This document shows, in pieces, positions 54,801 through 64,000 of a DNA stretch of 64,000 bases. Position 1 is the first letter of the stretch. Every line of letters begins with the position of its first letter. A program made the translations under genes and the position numbers. The notes beneath the pieces were generated by a model. It searched no databases. It had not been told where the DNA came from and saw only the letters and a program-made list of their open reading frames with translations. The stretch is from Patescibacteria group bacterium (GTDB lineage Bacteria > Patescibacteriota > Patescibacteriia > Patescibacteriales > UBA12465), in assembly GCA_028692765.1 (NCBI GenBank), contig JAQUWT010000001.1, forward strand, positions 15,695 through 79,694. Reading direction: 5' to 3'.

Positions 54801-56015
54801 ATGATGATAAAAGACCTGTATCAAGAAACTATTTCCGCCGTTACCGCCAATAAGGCGCGTTCCGGCTTGACGATTTTAGGCATCGTTATCGGTATCGCCT
54901 CGGTTATCGCTTTGATTGCGGTCGGACAAGGTACGCAGGATTCAATTAAAAGCAGCATCCAATCAATCGGTTCTAATTTAATCATGATTATGCCCGGCGC
55001 TCAGCGTTCCGGCGGCGTCAGCAGCGGGATGGGCAGCGCCCAATCTTTAACTCTGGATGATGTCACGGCCATCGGTAAGGAAATAAGCGGTATTAAGGCT
55101 GTAGCTCCGGAAATATCCAAGCGCTATCAAGTGGTATATGGCAGCAGCAATACTAATACTTCCGTGGTCGGCACCGATGTTTCTTATCAGCAGATTCGCA
55201 GTCTGGAAATTGAAGCTGGCGTATTTTTAAGCGCGGAAGATATTAATGCTTCCAGAAAAGTGGCGGTCATTGGTCCGACTGTCCGTGACGATCTTTTCGG
55301 TGAAGACGCTGATCCGATAGGGAAGACGATTAAAGTCAATAATATTAATTTCAAGGTTGTAGGCATGACAAAATCAAAGGGTGGCACGGGCACCAGCACC
55401 CAGGATGACCAGATTACCGTTCCTTATACGGTAGCGCAGAAATATTTTACCAACAATAAATATGTCAGCACCATCAGTGTTTCTGCGGAAAGCGAAGATG
55501 ATTTATCTTTAGTGCAAGAGCAAATCACCGCTTTGTTGCTTGATCGCCATGGCAAGACAGAGGATGAGGCAGATTTTAGGATAATGAACCAGGCGGATAT
55601 TGTTTCCGCCGCTTCGTCTATCGCCGGCACCCTGACGATGCTACTGGCGGCGATTGCCGGTATTTCTTTAATCGTCGGCGGTATCGGCATCATGAATATG
55701 ATGCTGACTAATGTCACCGAAAGGACTAGAGAGATAGGCTTAAGAAAAGCGATTGGCGCTAAGAAAAACGATATCAGTAATCAATTTTTAGCAGAATCAA
55801 TCACTTTAACTTTTTTGGGAGGCTTAATCGGTATCGCTTTGGGCTGGGCGATTGCGTGGGGAATATCGCAATTCGCTTCTTTAAGCACCAATGTTTCTTG
55901 GTCTTCAATTTTTTTGGCTTTCGGAGTTTCGGCGGCGATAGGCATCATTTTTGGTTACTACCCGGCGCGTCGGGCCGCCAAGCTTAATCCTATCGACGCT
56001 TTGCGTTATGAATAA
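54801..56015 (+). CDS. ABC transporter permease (MacB/FtsX-like), third paralog
   Basis: TERTREIGLRKAIGA motif, 4-TM layout. Confidence 0.85.
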   Translation: MMIKDLYQETISAVTANKARSGLTILGIVIGIASVIALIAVGQGTQDSIKSSIQSIGSNLIMIMPGAQRSGGVSSGMGSAQSLTLDDVTAIGKEISGIKAVAPEISKRYQVVYGSSNTNTSVVGTDVSYQQIRSLEIEAGVFLSAEDINASRKVAVIGPTVRDDLFGEDADPIGKTIKVNNINFKVVGMTKSKGGTGTSTQDDQITVPYTVAQKYFTNNKYVSTISVSAESEDDLSLVQEQITALLLDRHGKTEDEADFRIMNQADIVSAASSIAGTLTMLLAAIAGISLIVGGIGIMNMMLTNVTERTREIGLRKAIGAKKNDISNQFLAESITLTFLGGLIGIALGWAIAWGISQFASLSTNVSWSSIFLAFGVSAAIGIIFGYYPARRAAKLNPIDALRYE

Positions 56016-56041
56016 TTTAATAAGATAAAAATAATAAATTT

Positions 56042-56551
56042 ATGTTAAACAAAAAACAATTACCTTTTGCCATTGCCGCCGGCGTTATCTTGCTGGCCCT
56101 CTCTTTCTATCTCGGACGTTTGTCGGTATCTAAAAACAGCTCGGTGAAGAATTTTAATCCTTCTTCTTTCGCGGCTGGTCAGGGCCGGATGGATGGAACC
56201 GGGTCCGGCGCCAGAATGCAGGCCGGCGCGCAACAGCGCAATAATATGGCTAGCGGTGAAATTACCAGTAAAGATGAGCAGAGCCTGACACTTAAATTGG
56301 CCGACGGTGGCTCAAAAATAGTTTATTTTTCCGACAAGACCAGTATTGGCCAGACTACTCTCGCCGAGAGCGGCGATTTAGCCATAGGCCAGGATGTTAT
56401 CATTAACGGCACCGCTAATAATGACGGCAGCCTGATTGCCCAAATGATTCAGATTAGAAATGATGAGCTTAATGGGGCTGGACCGGCCGGATTTATGCCC
56501 GGGGAAGATGGCGCTAATCTTAACGGGCAAGCTCCGGTTAAGGCTGAATAA
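56042..56551 (+). CDS. Secreted/membrane-anchored hypothetical protein (Gly/Ala/Asn-rich)
   Basis: N-terminal signal anchor. No family recognised. Confidence 0.45.
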   Translation: MLNKKQLPFAIAAGVILLALSFYLGRLSVSKNSSVKNFNPSSFAAGQGRMDGTGSGARMQAGAQQRNNMASGEITSKDEQSLTLKLADGGSKIVYFSDKTSIGQTTLAESGDLAIGQDVIINGTANNDGSLIAQMIQIRNDELNGAGPAGFMPGEDGANLNGQAPVKAE

Positions 56552-56572
56552 TAAAAAAGATAGAGCAATTAA

Positions 56573-56612
56573 AGCGACCGGCGGCCTCATGGCTCGGCGG
56601 TCGCTTTTGTTT
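56573..56612 (+). terminator. Rho-independent terminator
   Basis: agcgaccg...cggtcgct followed by ttttgttttt. Confidence 0.7.
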
Positions 56613-56654
56613 TTATTTATGTTATAATATAAAAAATAAGATTAACTCATTTTT

Positions 56655-57134
56655 ATGAAGAAAAGAGACTATTATCTGCTGTTTTTCAGCTTAATTCTCA
56701 GCTTAGGCGCGGGTGCGGCCGGCTCTATTTTCACTTCCGCCAATATCTTGAGTTGGTATGATTTTTTAAATAAACCGTTTTTCAGCCCGCCTAATTGGCT
56801 GTTCGCTCCGGTTTGGACAATATTATATATTCTTATGGGCTTAGCCTTATTTTTAGTTTGGCGGCAGGGCTGGCATAGGGATGAAGTTAAGAGGGGGTTA
56901 AAGCTTTTTCTGATTCAGCTTGGTTTTAACGTGATTTGGTCTTATTTCTTTTTCGGTCTGCATGAGCCGCGCTTGGCTTTCTTGGAAATCATCGCTTTAT
57001 GGCTGGCTATTGCCGCTACCATTATTTCTTTCTACCGAGTTGATAAAAGAGCGGCCTGGCTTTTACTGCCTTATCTATTGTGGGTATCGTTCGCCGCTTT
57101 CTTAAATTATGCCTTTTGGCAGCTTAATCCTTGA
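56655..57134 (+). CDS. tspO: TspO/MBR family tryptophan-rich sensory protein
   Basis: LSWYDFLNKPFFSPPNWLFAPVWTILYILMG signature and five TM helices. Confidence 0.9.
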   Translation: MKKRDYYLLFFSLILSLGAGAAGSIFTSANILSWYDFLNKPFFSPPNWLFAPVWTILYILMGLALFLVWRQGWHRDEVKRGLKLFLIQLGFNVIWSYFFFGLHEPRLAFLEIIALWLAIAATIISFYRVDKRAAWLLLPYLLWVSFAAFLNYAFWQLNP

Positions 57135-57997
57135 TTATGGAAGATTTGATGTTCGTCCGGCGCGATAACTTCGAGCGCCAGAAACAGCGCTTGTTTAAAG
57201 GAGGGGCGGATAGGCTCAAGGTTCTGGCTGATTTTGACCGGACTTTAACCGCTAATTTTATTAAAGGACGCAAGGCTCCTTCTTTGGTGGCGGCTTTGCG
57301 AGACGGCCATTATCTGTCTCCTGACTATGCCGCCAAAGCCCAAGCTTTGTATGATTATTATCAGCCCTTTGAAGATGATGCCAGCCTTTCTCCGGAAAGT
57401 AAAAGCAGCTTGATGCTGGAATGGTGGCGTCTTCATTTTGAACTTTTAATCACTTCGGGTTTGCGCCAAGAAGATATTGCGGCGGCGATTGATAATCAGC
57501 TGGCTAATCTGCGGGCGGGTGTTTCGGAATTTTTATCTTTATTATCCCTTCGCGGCATCCCCGTAATAATATTTTCCGCCTCCGGTTTGGGGCGTTCCGG
57601 ATTAAAGTATTTTCTGACTAGGCGCGGCCTGTGGTCCGATAATATTATTTTGGCGGCTAATGATTTTATCTGGGGAGAAAAGGGCACCGCGGTCGGGATT
57701 TGCGAGCCCATCATTCACAGTTTTAACAAGAATCAGAGCGTCTTGCCTTCTTTTATCAACAGTCTGGATAATTTAAAAAGTCGCGATAATATTCTCCTTC
57801 TGGGAGACAGCTTGGGCGATGCCGCTATGGCTGACGGCATGTCGGCTGCCGCGGTTTTAAAAATCGGTTTTTTAAATGATAAGATTAGTGAAAATATTTC
57901 CGCTTATCGCCAGTGTTATGATGCTTTGATTCTTAATGACGGAGATTTTTCCCTACCTTTGGAAATTTTACGCAACTTACTTGCTTATGCCGATTGA
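57131..57997 (+). CDS. HAD-superfamily pyrimidine 5'-nucleotidase (UMPH-1 / eukaryotic-type cytosolic 5'-nucleotidase III-like)
   Basis: VLADFDRTLT (HAD motif I DxDxT), SASG (motif II-like), LLGDSLGD (motif IV). Overall similarity to the UMPH-1 family. Confidence 0.6.
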   Translation: MIMEDLMFVRRDNFERQKQRLFKGGADRLKVLADFDRTLTANFIKGRKAPSLVAALRDGHYLSPDYAAKAQALYDYYQPFEDDASLSPESKSSLMLEWWRLHFELLITSGLRQEDIAAAIDNQLANLRAGVSEFLSLLSLRGIPVIIFSASGLGRSGLKYFLTRRGLWSDNIILAANDFIWGEKGTAVGICEPIIHSFNKNQSVLPSFINSLDNLKSRDNILLLGDSLGDAAMADGMSAAAVLKIGFLNDKISENISAYRQCYDALILNDGDFSLPLEILRNLLAYAD

Positions 57998-58412
57998 TAA
58001 TAAACATATCCGCCCTCTGGCTTTGGCCCTGATTGAACACCAAGGGAAATTTTTGGCATGCGCCGGTACGGATTTAGTCAAGAAAAGAAAACATTATCGA
58101 CTTATCGGCGGCGGTATCGATTTCGGCGAAAGCGCGTCCGCCGCCTTGCGTCGGGAAATACGCGAGGAACTGGGTCTGGCTATTTTAAAGCCGGACTTAC
58201 TGGCGGTTATAGAAAATATTTTTACTTTCAACGGCCTGCCCGGGCATGAAATTATTTTTTTATATCGGGTTAAATTTAAATCCAAGAAAGCCTATCGGCG
58301 CGAATTTTTTCCCATTCTTGATTCCAAGCGCGGGCATCAGGCGGTCTGGGTTGGCCCTGAATCATTGGGCGGGAAAAAAATATATCCGCCGGAAGTTTTA
58401 AATTATATTTAG
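57990..58412 (+). CDS. NUDIX hydrolase
   Basis: Nudix box GGGIDFGESASAALRREIREELGL. The start at the internal M (MPIDNKHI) gives an 8-nt overlap with the upstream gene; the ORF-track start at 57936 is an extension. Confidence 0.8.
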   Translation, partial: PIDNKHIRPLALALIEHQGKFLACAGTDLVKKRKHYRLIGGGIDFGESASAALRREIREELGLAILKPDLLAVIENIFTFNGLPGHEIIFLYRVKFKSKKAYRREFFPILDSKRGHQAVWVGPESLGGKKIYPPEVLNYI

Positions 58413-58417
58413 CGCTT

Positions 58418-60520
58418 ATGTTTGACTTGAAATCTCTCCTTTCTCCTCGCACGATTGCGGTGGTCGGCGCCTCCACTCGTCCGGCAAGCGTCGGCCGAAC
58501 CGTTTTTGACAATCTGCGCCTCTCCGGCTTTAAGGGGAAAATTTTTCCGGTTAATCCAAAGACAAAAAAACTCGGCTCGCTGCGCTGTTATGCTTCTTTA
58601 ACGGATGTTAAAGCGAGGGTTGATTTGGCAATTATTGTGATTCCGGCAATTTTAGTGCCAGATGTTTTGGAAGAGGCAGGCAGATTGGGCATCAGGGCGG
58701 CAGTAATTATTTCGGCCGGTTTTAAAGAGTCAGGCAATGTTGATTTGGAAAATAAAGTGAAGGCCGTGGCCCGCCGTTATCATATCACTCTGCTTGGTCC
58801 GAATTGTTTAGGGTTTATTAATCCGTATCATCGTCTTAATGCCACTTTCGCTCCGATGATGCCGCTTAAGGGCGGTCTGGCTTTTTTGTCGCAGAGCGGC
58901 GCTCTTGGCACCGCCATTTTGGATAAGGCCAAAGAACTGTCTTTAGGCTTTTCTTTGTTTGCCAGCTTGGGAAATAAGGCCGCGCTCAATGAGGCGGATT
59001 TTTTGGATTATCTGCGGTCGGATTTGCAAACTAAAGTTGTGGGCATTTATGCGGAGCAGTTGGGCGAGGCCCAGCGTTTAAGCGCGGCTATCAATCTGTT
59101 TAATAGCGGCCGCCGCGCTCGTCCCATAATTATCCTGAAGTCGGGAGTGAGCGCTTTGGGTGCCGGCGCCAGTTCTTCCCATACCGGCGCTTTGGCCGGC
59201 AACGATGCTGTCTATGGCGCTTTTTTTAAGGACAATAATATTGTCAGGGCGCAGGATATGTCAGAGTTTTTTGATTATTTGCAGATATTTTATAATAACC
59301 CCTTAAAGTCGGCACGACGCTTGGCAATTATTACCAATGCCGGCGGGCCGGGCGTCTTGGCCGCTGATGCCGTTTCTAAAAATAATTTATCGCTAAGCAA
59401 GTTTGGAAAAAAAACCAGATTACATTTAGGGAAAATTTTGCCCCAGTCAGCTTCGATTGCCAACCCGATTGATATTCTTGGCGATGCCGCCCCTTCGCTT
59501 TATTTGTCAGCTTTAGAGTTGGCGGCGGCAGATAAATCTGTCCAAGCGCTTCTTGTTTTAGCTACGCCCCAGTCAATGACCGATATCGACGGTTTAGCGG
59601 CGGTTATCATAGATTGGCGCCGGAAAAACACCAAACCTTTGGCTGTTTGTTTGATGGGCGGCAATCTGGTCAAAAATGCCGCCACGTCTTTGCGTCAAGC
59701 GGGGATTGCCGTGTTTTCCTATCCTGAGCAAGCGGTGCGCGCTTTGTCGGCGTTGACTGATTTTGTCGAGCGTCGGTTGGAAAAAAAAGCAAAGAGGGTC
59801 CGTATCGCCGTTAAGACTTCAGCTAAGCTGAAGGCGGCGGAGATATTGGCCCGCTTGCGCCGGCAGGGCATTAAGGAAGTTCCGGAATTTCAAGCTTTAC
59901 CGGTTTTGCGGGCTTATAATCTGCCAACGTCAAAGTTTTTAATTTTAAAAAATCAAGCCGATGCGCTTAAGGCCGGAAAAAGATTCCATGGTCCCGTAGC
60001 CTTAAAAATCGCTTCTTATGATATCTTGCATAAAAGCGAAGCCGGTGGGGTGATGCTTAATGTGTCTCCTGATGATATTGCCCGCAGCTATCAGAATCTT
60101 ATTTTGAGAGTCAAAAAGAAAGCGCCGCAGGCTAGAATTGAGGGGGTTTTGGCGGCGCCGATGTCGCCTCCGTCTTTGGCGGAAATTATTGTCGGCAGCG
60201 TTTCCGATGAATCCCTTGGCCGCGCCTTGATGCTTGGCTGGGGCGGTATTTATACGGAAATACTTAAAGACGTGTCTTTCGGTTCGATGCCTTTGAATCT
60301 AGGAAAAATTAAGGGGATGCTCTCGGAACTGAAAGTAGGCTTAATTTTAGGGGGCAGTCGCGGCCATAGGCCGGCTGATTTTCAATCCCTGGCTAAGTTA
60401 TTGTTTAGCGTCGAGCGATTATTGTCTGATTTTCCGGAAATCAAGGAAATAGACTTGAATCCGGTGGCTGTTTCCTCGACCGGCTTGCGGATTCTTGATG
60501 CGCGTTTAATTTTGTCTTAA
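58418..60520 (+). CDS. Acetyl-CoA synthetase (ADP-forming), fused alpha/beta (NDP-forming acyl-CoA synthetase)
   Basis: N-terminal CoA-binding SPRTIAVVGAS, succinyl-CoA-synthetase-like ligase domain, and a C-terminal ATP-grasp. 700 aa. Confidence 0.85.
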   Translation: MFDLKSLLSPRTIAVVGASTRPASVGRTVFDNLRLSGFKGKIFPVNPKTKKLGSLRCYASLTDVKARVDLAIIVIPAILVPDVLEEAGRLGIRAAVIISAGFKESGNVDLENKVKAVARRYHITLLGPNCLGFINPYHRLNATFAPMMPLKGGLAFLSQSGALGTAILDKAKELSLGFSLFASLGNKAALNEADFLDYLRSDLQTKVVGIYAEQLGEAQRLSAAINLFNSGRRARPIIILKSGVSALGAGASSSHTGALAGNDAVYGAFFKDNNIVRAQDMSEFFDYLQIFYNNPLKSARRLAIITNAGGPGVLAADAVSKNNLSLSKFGKKTRLHLGKILPQSASIANPIDILGDAAPSLYLSALELAAADKSVQALLVLATPQSMTDIDGLAAVIIDWRRKNTKPLAVCLMGGNLVKNAATSLRQAGIAVFSYPEQAVRALSALTDFVERRLEKKAKRVRIAVKTSAKLKAAEILARLRRQGIKEVPEFQALPVLRAYNLPTSKFLILKNQADALKAGKRFHGPVALKIASYDILHKSEAGGVMLNVSPDDIARSYQNLILRVKKKAPQARIEGVLAAPMSPPSLAEIIVGSVSDESLGRALMLGWGGIYTEILKDVSFGSMPLNLGKIKGMLSELKVGLILGGSRGHRPADFQSLAKLLFSVERLLSDFPEIKEIDLNPVAVSSTGLRILDARLILS

Positions 60521-60530
60521 ATATAAAAAT

Positions 60531-61310
60531 ATGTACATGAATCTACTTTGGTTTTTGCCAGTTTTTGTCATTCTGTATATGGGGTTTTGGTTTCTGGTTT
60601 CATTACTCGTTGAACGACGCGATATTATCGATATTGCCTGGGGGGCCGGTTTTCTGTTTTTGGCCTGGATAACTTTTAGTTTTCGCGATTTAGATTTAGA
60701 TGCGCGTTCGGTCTTATTGCTATCAGCCGTTAGTCTTTGGGGTTTTCGCTTATCCTTCCACACGGTGAGACGTAATTTAAGTAAGGAAGAAGATTGGCGC
60801 TATCATCGCTGGAGCCAGGGGCAAGCCTGCCTGCATCCTGTGTGCGTTTTCTTTCAGGTCTTTCTTTTGCAGGGAGCTTTGATGATGATTATTTCCTTGC
60901 CTGTCGTTTATGGCTTGCGTCTGATTCATCTGCCTTTATTCGAGCTTAATTATCCGGGAATTGTTTTAATCGCTTTTGGTCTTATTTTTGAAGCCATCGC
61001 TGATCAGCAGCGTTATATTTTTTTAAGGAAGACGGAGAACCAAGATAAATTAATTACTACCGGTCTTTGGCGTTTTAGCCGCCACCCAAATTACTTTGGG
61101 GAAATGGTTTTCTGGTGGGGAATATATTTTTTAGTTTTAGGCGCGCCGAAATCCTGGATGTTGATTGTTTCGCCGCTGACGATAACTTATATTCTTTTAT
61201 TTGTTTCCGACTTGCCGATGGAGGAGCGCTATCGGGGTCGTCAAGATTTTGCTGAGTATAAGCGTCGAACCAGTGCCTTGATTCCTTGGTTTGTAAAAAA
61301 GAGCCGTTAA
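60531..61310 (+). CDS. DUF1295 / steroid-5-alpha-reductase-like membrane protein (ICMT-fold methyltransferase/reductase family)
   Basis: TTGLWRFSRHPNYFGEMVFWWGIYF C-terminal signature. Confidence 0.7.
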   Translation: MYMNLLWFLPVFVILYMGFWFLVSLLVERRDIIDIAWGAGFLFLAWITFSFRDLDLDARSVLLLSAVSLWGFRLSFHTVRRNLSKEEDWRYHRWSQGQACLHPVCVFFQVFLLQGALMMIISLPVVYGLRLIHLPLFELNYPGIVLIAFGLIFEAIADQQRYIFLRKTENQDKLITTGLWRFSRHPNYFGEMVFWWGIYFLVLGAPKSWMLIVSPLTITYILLFVSDLPMEERYRGRQDFAEYKRRTSALIPWFVKKSR

Positions 61311-61346
61311 TTGGCTCTTTTTTGTTTTTGACGTTTAGTGATAGTT

Positions 61347-63581
61347 CTATAATTTTTTATTCCTCAGCCGCAGAGAGTTCAGGACGACGGAAACGCTACT
61401 AAAAGCCATGGCGGCTCCGGCAAAAGCCGGGTTTAAGGTTAAGCCGAATAGGGGGTAGAAAGCGCCGGCGGCCAAGGGGATGCCGATAAGATTATAAATT
61501 GAAGCCCAAAATAGGTTTTGTCGGACAATAATGAAAGTAGCTTTGGAAAGATTAAAGGCGGTGACAGCTTTGTTTAGATTTCCGCCCAGGATGCTGATTC
61601 CCGCCGTCGCTAGGGCGGCGTCGGCGCCGGTAGCCATTGCCAAGCCGCTGTCAGCTTGTGCTAGGGCAGGGGCATCATTAATGCCGTCACCCAGCATTGC
61701 CACCGTATGGCCTTGATTTTGCAAATCTTTAACTACTGCCGCTTTATCAGCCGGCAGGACGTTGGCTTTAATTTCGTCGATAGCTAAAAGTTTAGAGATT
61801 CTGTCAGCGGCGGCTGCATGGTCGCCGGTAAGCATGATAGTTTTTAATCCTTTCTGCTTAAAATCCGCGATGACGGCCGGGGCTTCAGCTTTAATTTCGT
61901 CGCTACAGGCGATTTGGCCTAGCAATTCTTTTTCATTAGATATATTTATAACTGTTTCTCCTCGGGAACTTCGCTCTGTCTGCCAGGGACGATTTTCGGA
62001 TTTACTTTTCTCAATAATAAATAGTTGTCCGTCGATTTTCGCCTTTACGCCGTTTCCGGCTAAGGCCTGAAAATCACTAACCGCGATAGCGTTGTAGTCT
62101 AAGAAGCGATTTTTGGCTTCTTTGACAATCGCTTGGGCTATCGGATGTTCGGAAAAACGTTCGATAGCGGCGGCAATAGTTAAAAGTCTATTTTCATCCA
62201 TGTTTGCAGACAGGGGATTGATTCCGCTCATCTTAATTTGGCCGCTGGTGAGCGTACCCGTTTTATCCAACACTACCGTATCTGCATGTCTGAGATTTTC
62301 CAGGGCCTCAGCATTTTTGATAAGAATGCCTTGTTTGGCGCCGCGTCCAATCGCGACCATAAGAGCGGTTGGCGTGGCTAAGCCGAGAGCGCAGGGGCAG
62401 GCGATAACCAGTACGCCGATTAAGGCGGACAGAGCGTGGCTGAAGGCGGCGTCGAATCCTAGCCGGGGTGAACCGAAAATCAGCCAACTGGCGGCGGCGG
62501 CCACCGCTATGACTAATACCGCCGGTACGAAGACTGAGGCTATTTTATCGCTGAAGTTCTGGATGGGCGCCCGGCTATTTTGCGCTTCTTGGACCAGTCT
62601 GATAATTCTGGCCAGCACCGTATCGGCGCCTATTTTTTCCGCCTTTACAATGAGGGAGCCTTGGCGATTGATGGTGCCGCCGATAACCGCGTCGCCTATT
62701 TTTTTGTCTACCGGAATCGCTTCGCCGCTTATCATCGCTTCTTCGACGCTGGAGACGCCGTCAATTACCAGGCCGTCTACCGGAATTTTCATGCCTGGCT
62801 TAACGATGATAGTATCGCCGATGTTTATCGCTTCGGCGGCGATTTCTTCTTCACCGTCTGCTGTTTGCCGATAGGCGCGTTCGGCTTGCAGCGACATGAG
62901 TGCTTTAATTGCGGCGCCGCTTTTTTGCTTGGCTTGTTTCTCCAAGTATTTTCCTAAAATAACGAAGCCGATAACGACGATGGCGGCATCAAAATAATAA
63001 TGTGGCGCCAAGCCTAAACGCCTGGCTGTTTCTGGCAAGATGAAGAGGAAGAGACTGTAAAAATAAGCGCTGCCTGTGCCAAGGCCAATTAGGGTGTCCA
63101 TATTAGCGGAGCCGTAACGGAAAAATTTACCTAGAGATTTAAGAAAGCGCCAGCCCGGTCCGAACAGAATCAAGCTGGCGGCGGCCATCATAAAAATATT
63201 TATTACCTGCATTTTTAGCGGCAGGGGCGGCAGGAACTTTGATATATCGGCCAAGAGGGAATAAATCATCAGCAAAAAGACCAAGATAGCCAGAGGGGCG
63301 GCGATGATGAAATCTTTTTTTTCCTTTTTTTCCAGTGCGGACGACTCGGCACCTGGGCCTGTCTGTGTCATTTCCTCTTGAAGGCTATAGCCGATTTTTT
63401 TTAATTCATCGTTTAAGGATGTTAACGCTACAGCTTCGCCTTTAAATTCTATCTGTGCTTGTTCGCTGGCGTAGCTTATATCGGCTTTATTGATTCCGGG
63501 AATTTTTTCCAGCCGTGATTTGATAATTTGAGCGCAGCTGGCGCAGTGCATGCCTTGTACTGGATAGTTTTTTTTGACCAT
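61347..63581 (-). CDS. copA: Copper-translocating P1B-type ATPase
   Basis: HMA domain GMHCASCAQ, CPC (CPCALGLATP), DKTGTLT, GDGINDAPAL. The preferred start is the ATG at 63581 (MVKKNYPVQGMHCASC); the ORF-track start at 63701 overlaps the upstream gene. Confidence 0.85.
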   Translation of the reverse strand: MVKKNYPVQGMHCASCAQIIKSRLEKIPGINKADISYASEQAQIEFKGEAVALTSLNDELKKIGYSLQEEMTQTGPGAESSALEKKEKKDFIIAAPLAILVFLLMIYSLLADISKFLPPLPLKMQVINIFMMAAASLILFGPGWRFLKSLGKFFRYGSANMDTLIGLGTGSAYFYSLFLFILPETARRLGLAPHYYFDAAIVVIGFVILGKYLEKQAKQKSGAAIKALMSLQAERAYRQTADGEEEIAAEAINIGDTIIVKPGMKIPVDGLVIDGVSSVEEAMISGEAIPVDKKIGDAVIGGTINRQGSLIVKAEKIGADTVLARIIRLVQEAQNSRAPIQNFSDKIASVFVPAVLVIAVAAAASWLIFGSPRLGFDAAFSHALSALIGVLVIACPCALGLATPTALMVAIGRGAKQGILIKNAEALENLRHADTVVLDKTGTLTSGQIKMSGINPLSANMDENRLLTIAAAIERFSEHPIAQAIVKEAKNRFLDYNAIAVSDFQALAGNGVKAKIDGQLFIIEKSKSENRPWQTERSSRGETVINISNEKELLGQIACSDEIKAEAPAVIADFKQKGLKTIMLTGDHAAAADRISKLLAIDEIKANVLPADKAAVVKDLQNQGHTVAMLGDGINDAPALAQADSGLAMATGADAALATAGISILGGNLNKAVTAFNLSKATFIIVRQNLFWASIYNLIGIPLAAGAFYPLFGLTLNPAFAGAAMAFSSVSVVLNSLRLRNKKL

Positions 63582-63594
63582 ATTTTTCGAATGT

Positions 63595-64000
63595 TTATTG
63601 ACAGCCGTTAATGTTGCAGACCGGTAAGCCGGAATTTTCCGCTTGATTGCCCTGGTCCGCCGCCTTGTTATCAATATCAGTTGTTCCTGTCGGGACAACA
63701 TTAATCACGCCGCTGTACATGCCCATGGAACAGGTAAATTTTATTTGCCCTGTTTGCTCGGGTGTAAATTCGATGATATTTTCTCCTTGTTTTAGCTGTT
63801 GATTCAGGCGCAGGGACGGGACGACTAGGCTGCTGGCGCAAGAATAAGGGACGGTGCTGTTGATAATCCAGCGTACGGGCCGGCCCGCTTCTACTTTAAA
63901 GTTATTTGGCAGATAGCCGTGGCCGTTTTGTTCCATGCGGATAATTTGCGGGCTAGCCTGGCTGTTATTATTTTTTTGTTCAGTTTGAGTTATTGTCTTG
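63595..64000 (-). CDS. Cupredoxin-like domain protein (partial; N-terminus lies beyond the window end)
   Basis: The reading frame stays open to the window edge. FKVEAGRPVRWIINSTVPYSCASS...FTCSMGMYSGVINVV resembles cupredoxin_1 strands. Sits adjacent to copA. Confidence 0.4.
   Translation of the reverse strand, partial: KTITQTEQKNNNSQASPQIIRMEQNGHGYLPNNFKVEAGRPVRWIINSTVPYSCASSLVVPSLRLNQQLKQGENIIEFTPEQTGQIKFTCSMGMYSGVINVVPTGTTDIDNKAADQGNQAENSGLPVCNINGCQ

Noticed and set aside
62113-62874. 253-aa and 125-aa plus-strand ORFs
   Set aside because: They are embedded antisense in the copA P-type ATPase gene. They are GC-rich frame artefacts with no motifs.
1-64000. CRISPR array, DGR template/variable repeats, group II intron, IS elements
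   Set aside because: I scanned for regularly spaced direct repeats, a reverse transcriptase, transposase motifs and terminal inverted repeats, and found none. The only significant long-range repeat is the 15-nt tRNA-Trp att duplication.

Overview
This 64-kb window looks like a stretch of a small-genome, anaerobic bacterium, most plausibly a Candidate Phyla Radiation (Patescibacteria) lineage. Evidence for that reading: start codons almost never have a Shine-Dalgarno (SD) motif, genes are short and tightly packed, there is a TrbC/VirB2-type pilin, an ADP-forming acetyl-CoA synthetase, a rubrerythrin/desulforedoxin/hemerythrin set, and no biosynthetic genes beyond Fe-S assembly. Housekeeping content includes gyrB (partial), tpiA, mutM, rpmG (absent from the ORF track), greA, a DEAD-box helicase, an ABC-F factor, and an Rrf2-regulated sufCBDSU operon followed by trmH. 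It also holds two MacAB-like tripartite efflux loci, ion transporters, an ECF sigma/anti-sigma pair, a copper P-type ATPase, and three tRNAs (Thr-GGT, Tyr-GTA, Trp-CCA). The most interesting region is an AT-rich ~8-kb island inserted at the 3' end of tRNA-Trp (about 12.36-20.40 kb). Its far end carries a 15-nt direct repeat of the tRNA 3' end, and no integrase is visible. The island holds one tightly packed five-gene operon: a motif-permuted DNA methyltransferase, an HNH endonuclease, a 560-aa AIPR-like (abortive infection phage resistance) protein carrying an NGQQT motif, a Dam-like MTase (DNA adenine methyltransferase), and an OLD/GajA-like nuclease (OLD = overcoming lysogenization defect; GajA = the Gabija defence ATPase-nuclease) built from an ABC ATPase fused to a Toprim domain. 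This is a composite defence locus, and the Dam-like MTase / OLD-like nuclease pairing in particular is not a described system as far as I know. Other points worth follow-up are an EamA transporter fused to a riboflavin kinase domain, an SD-bearing two-gene cassette of unknown function between two tRNAs, and a promoter-terminator-bracketed ~300-nt locus that may be an ncRNA or a zinc-ribbon miniprotein. All calls are made from the sequence and from memory of protein families; no searches were run.
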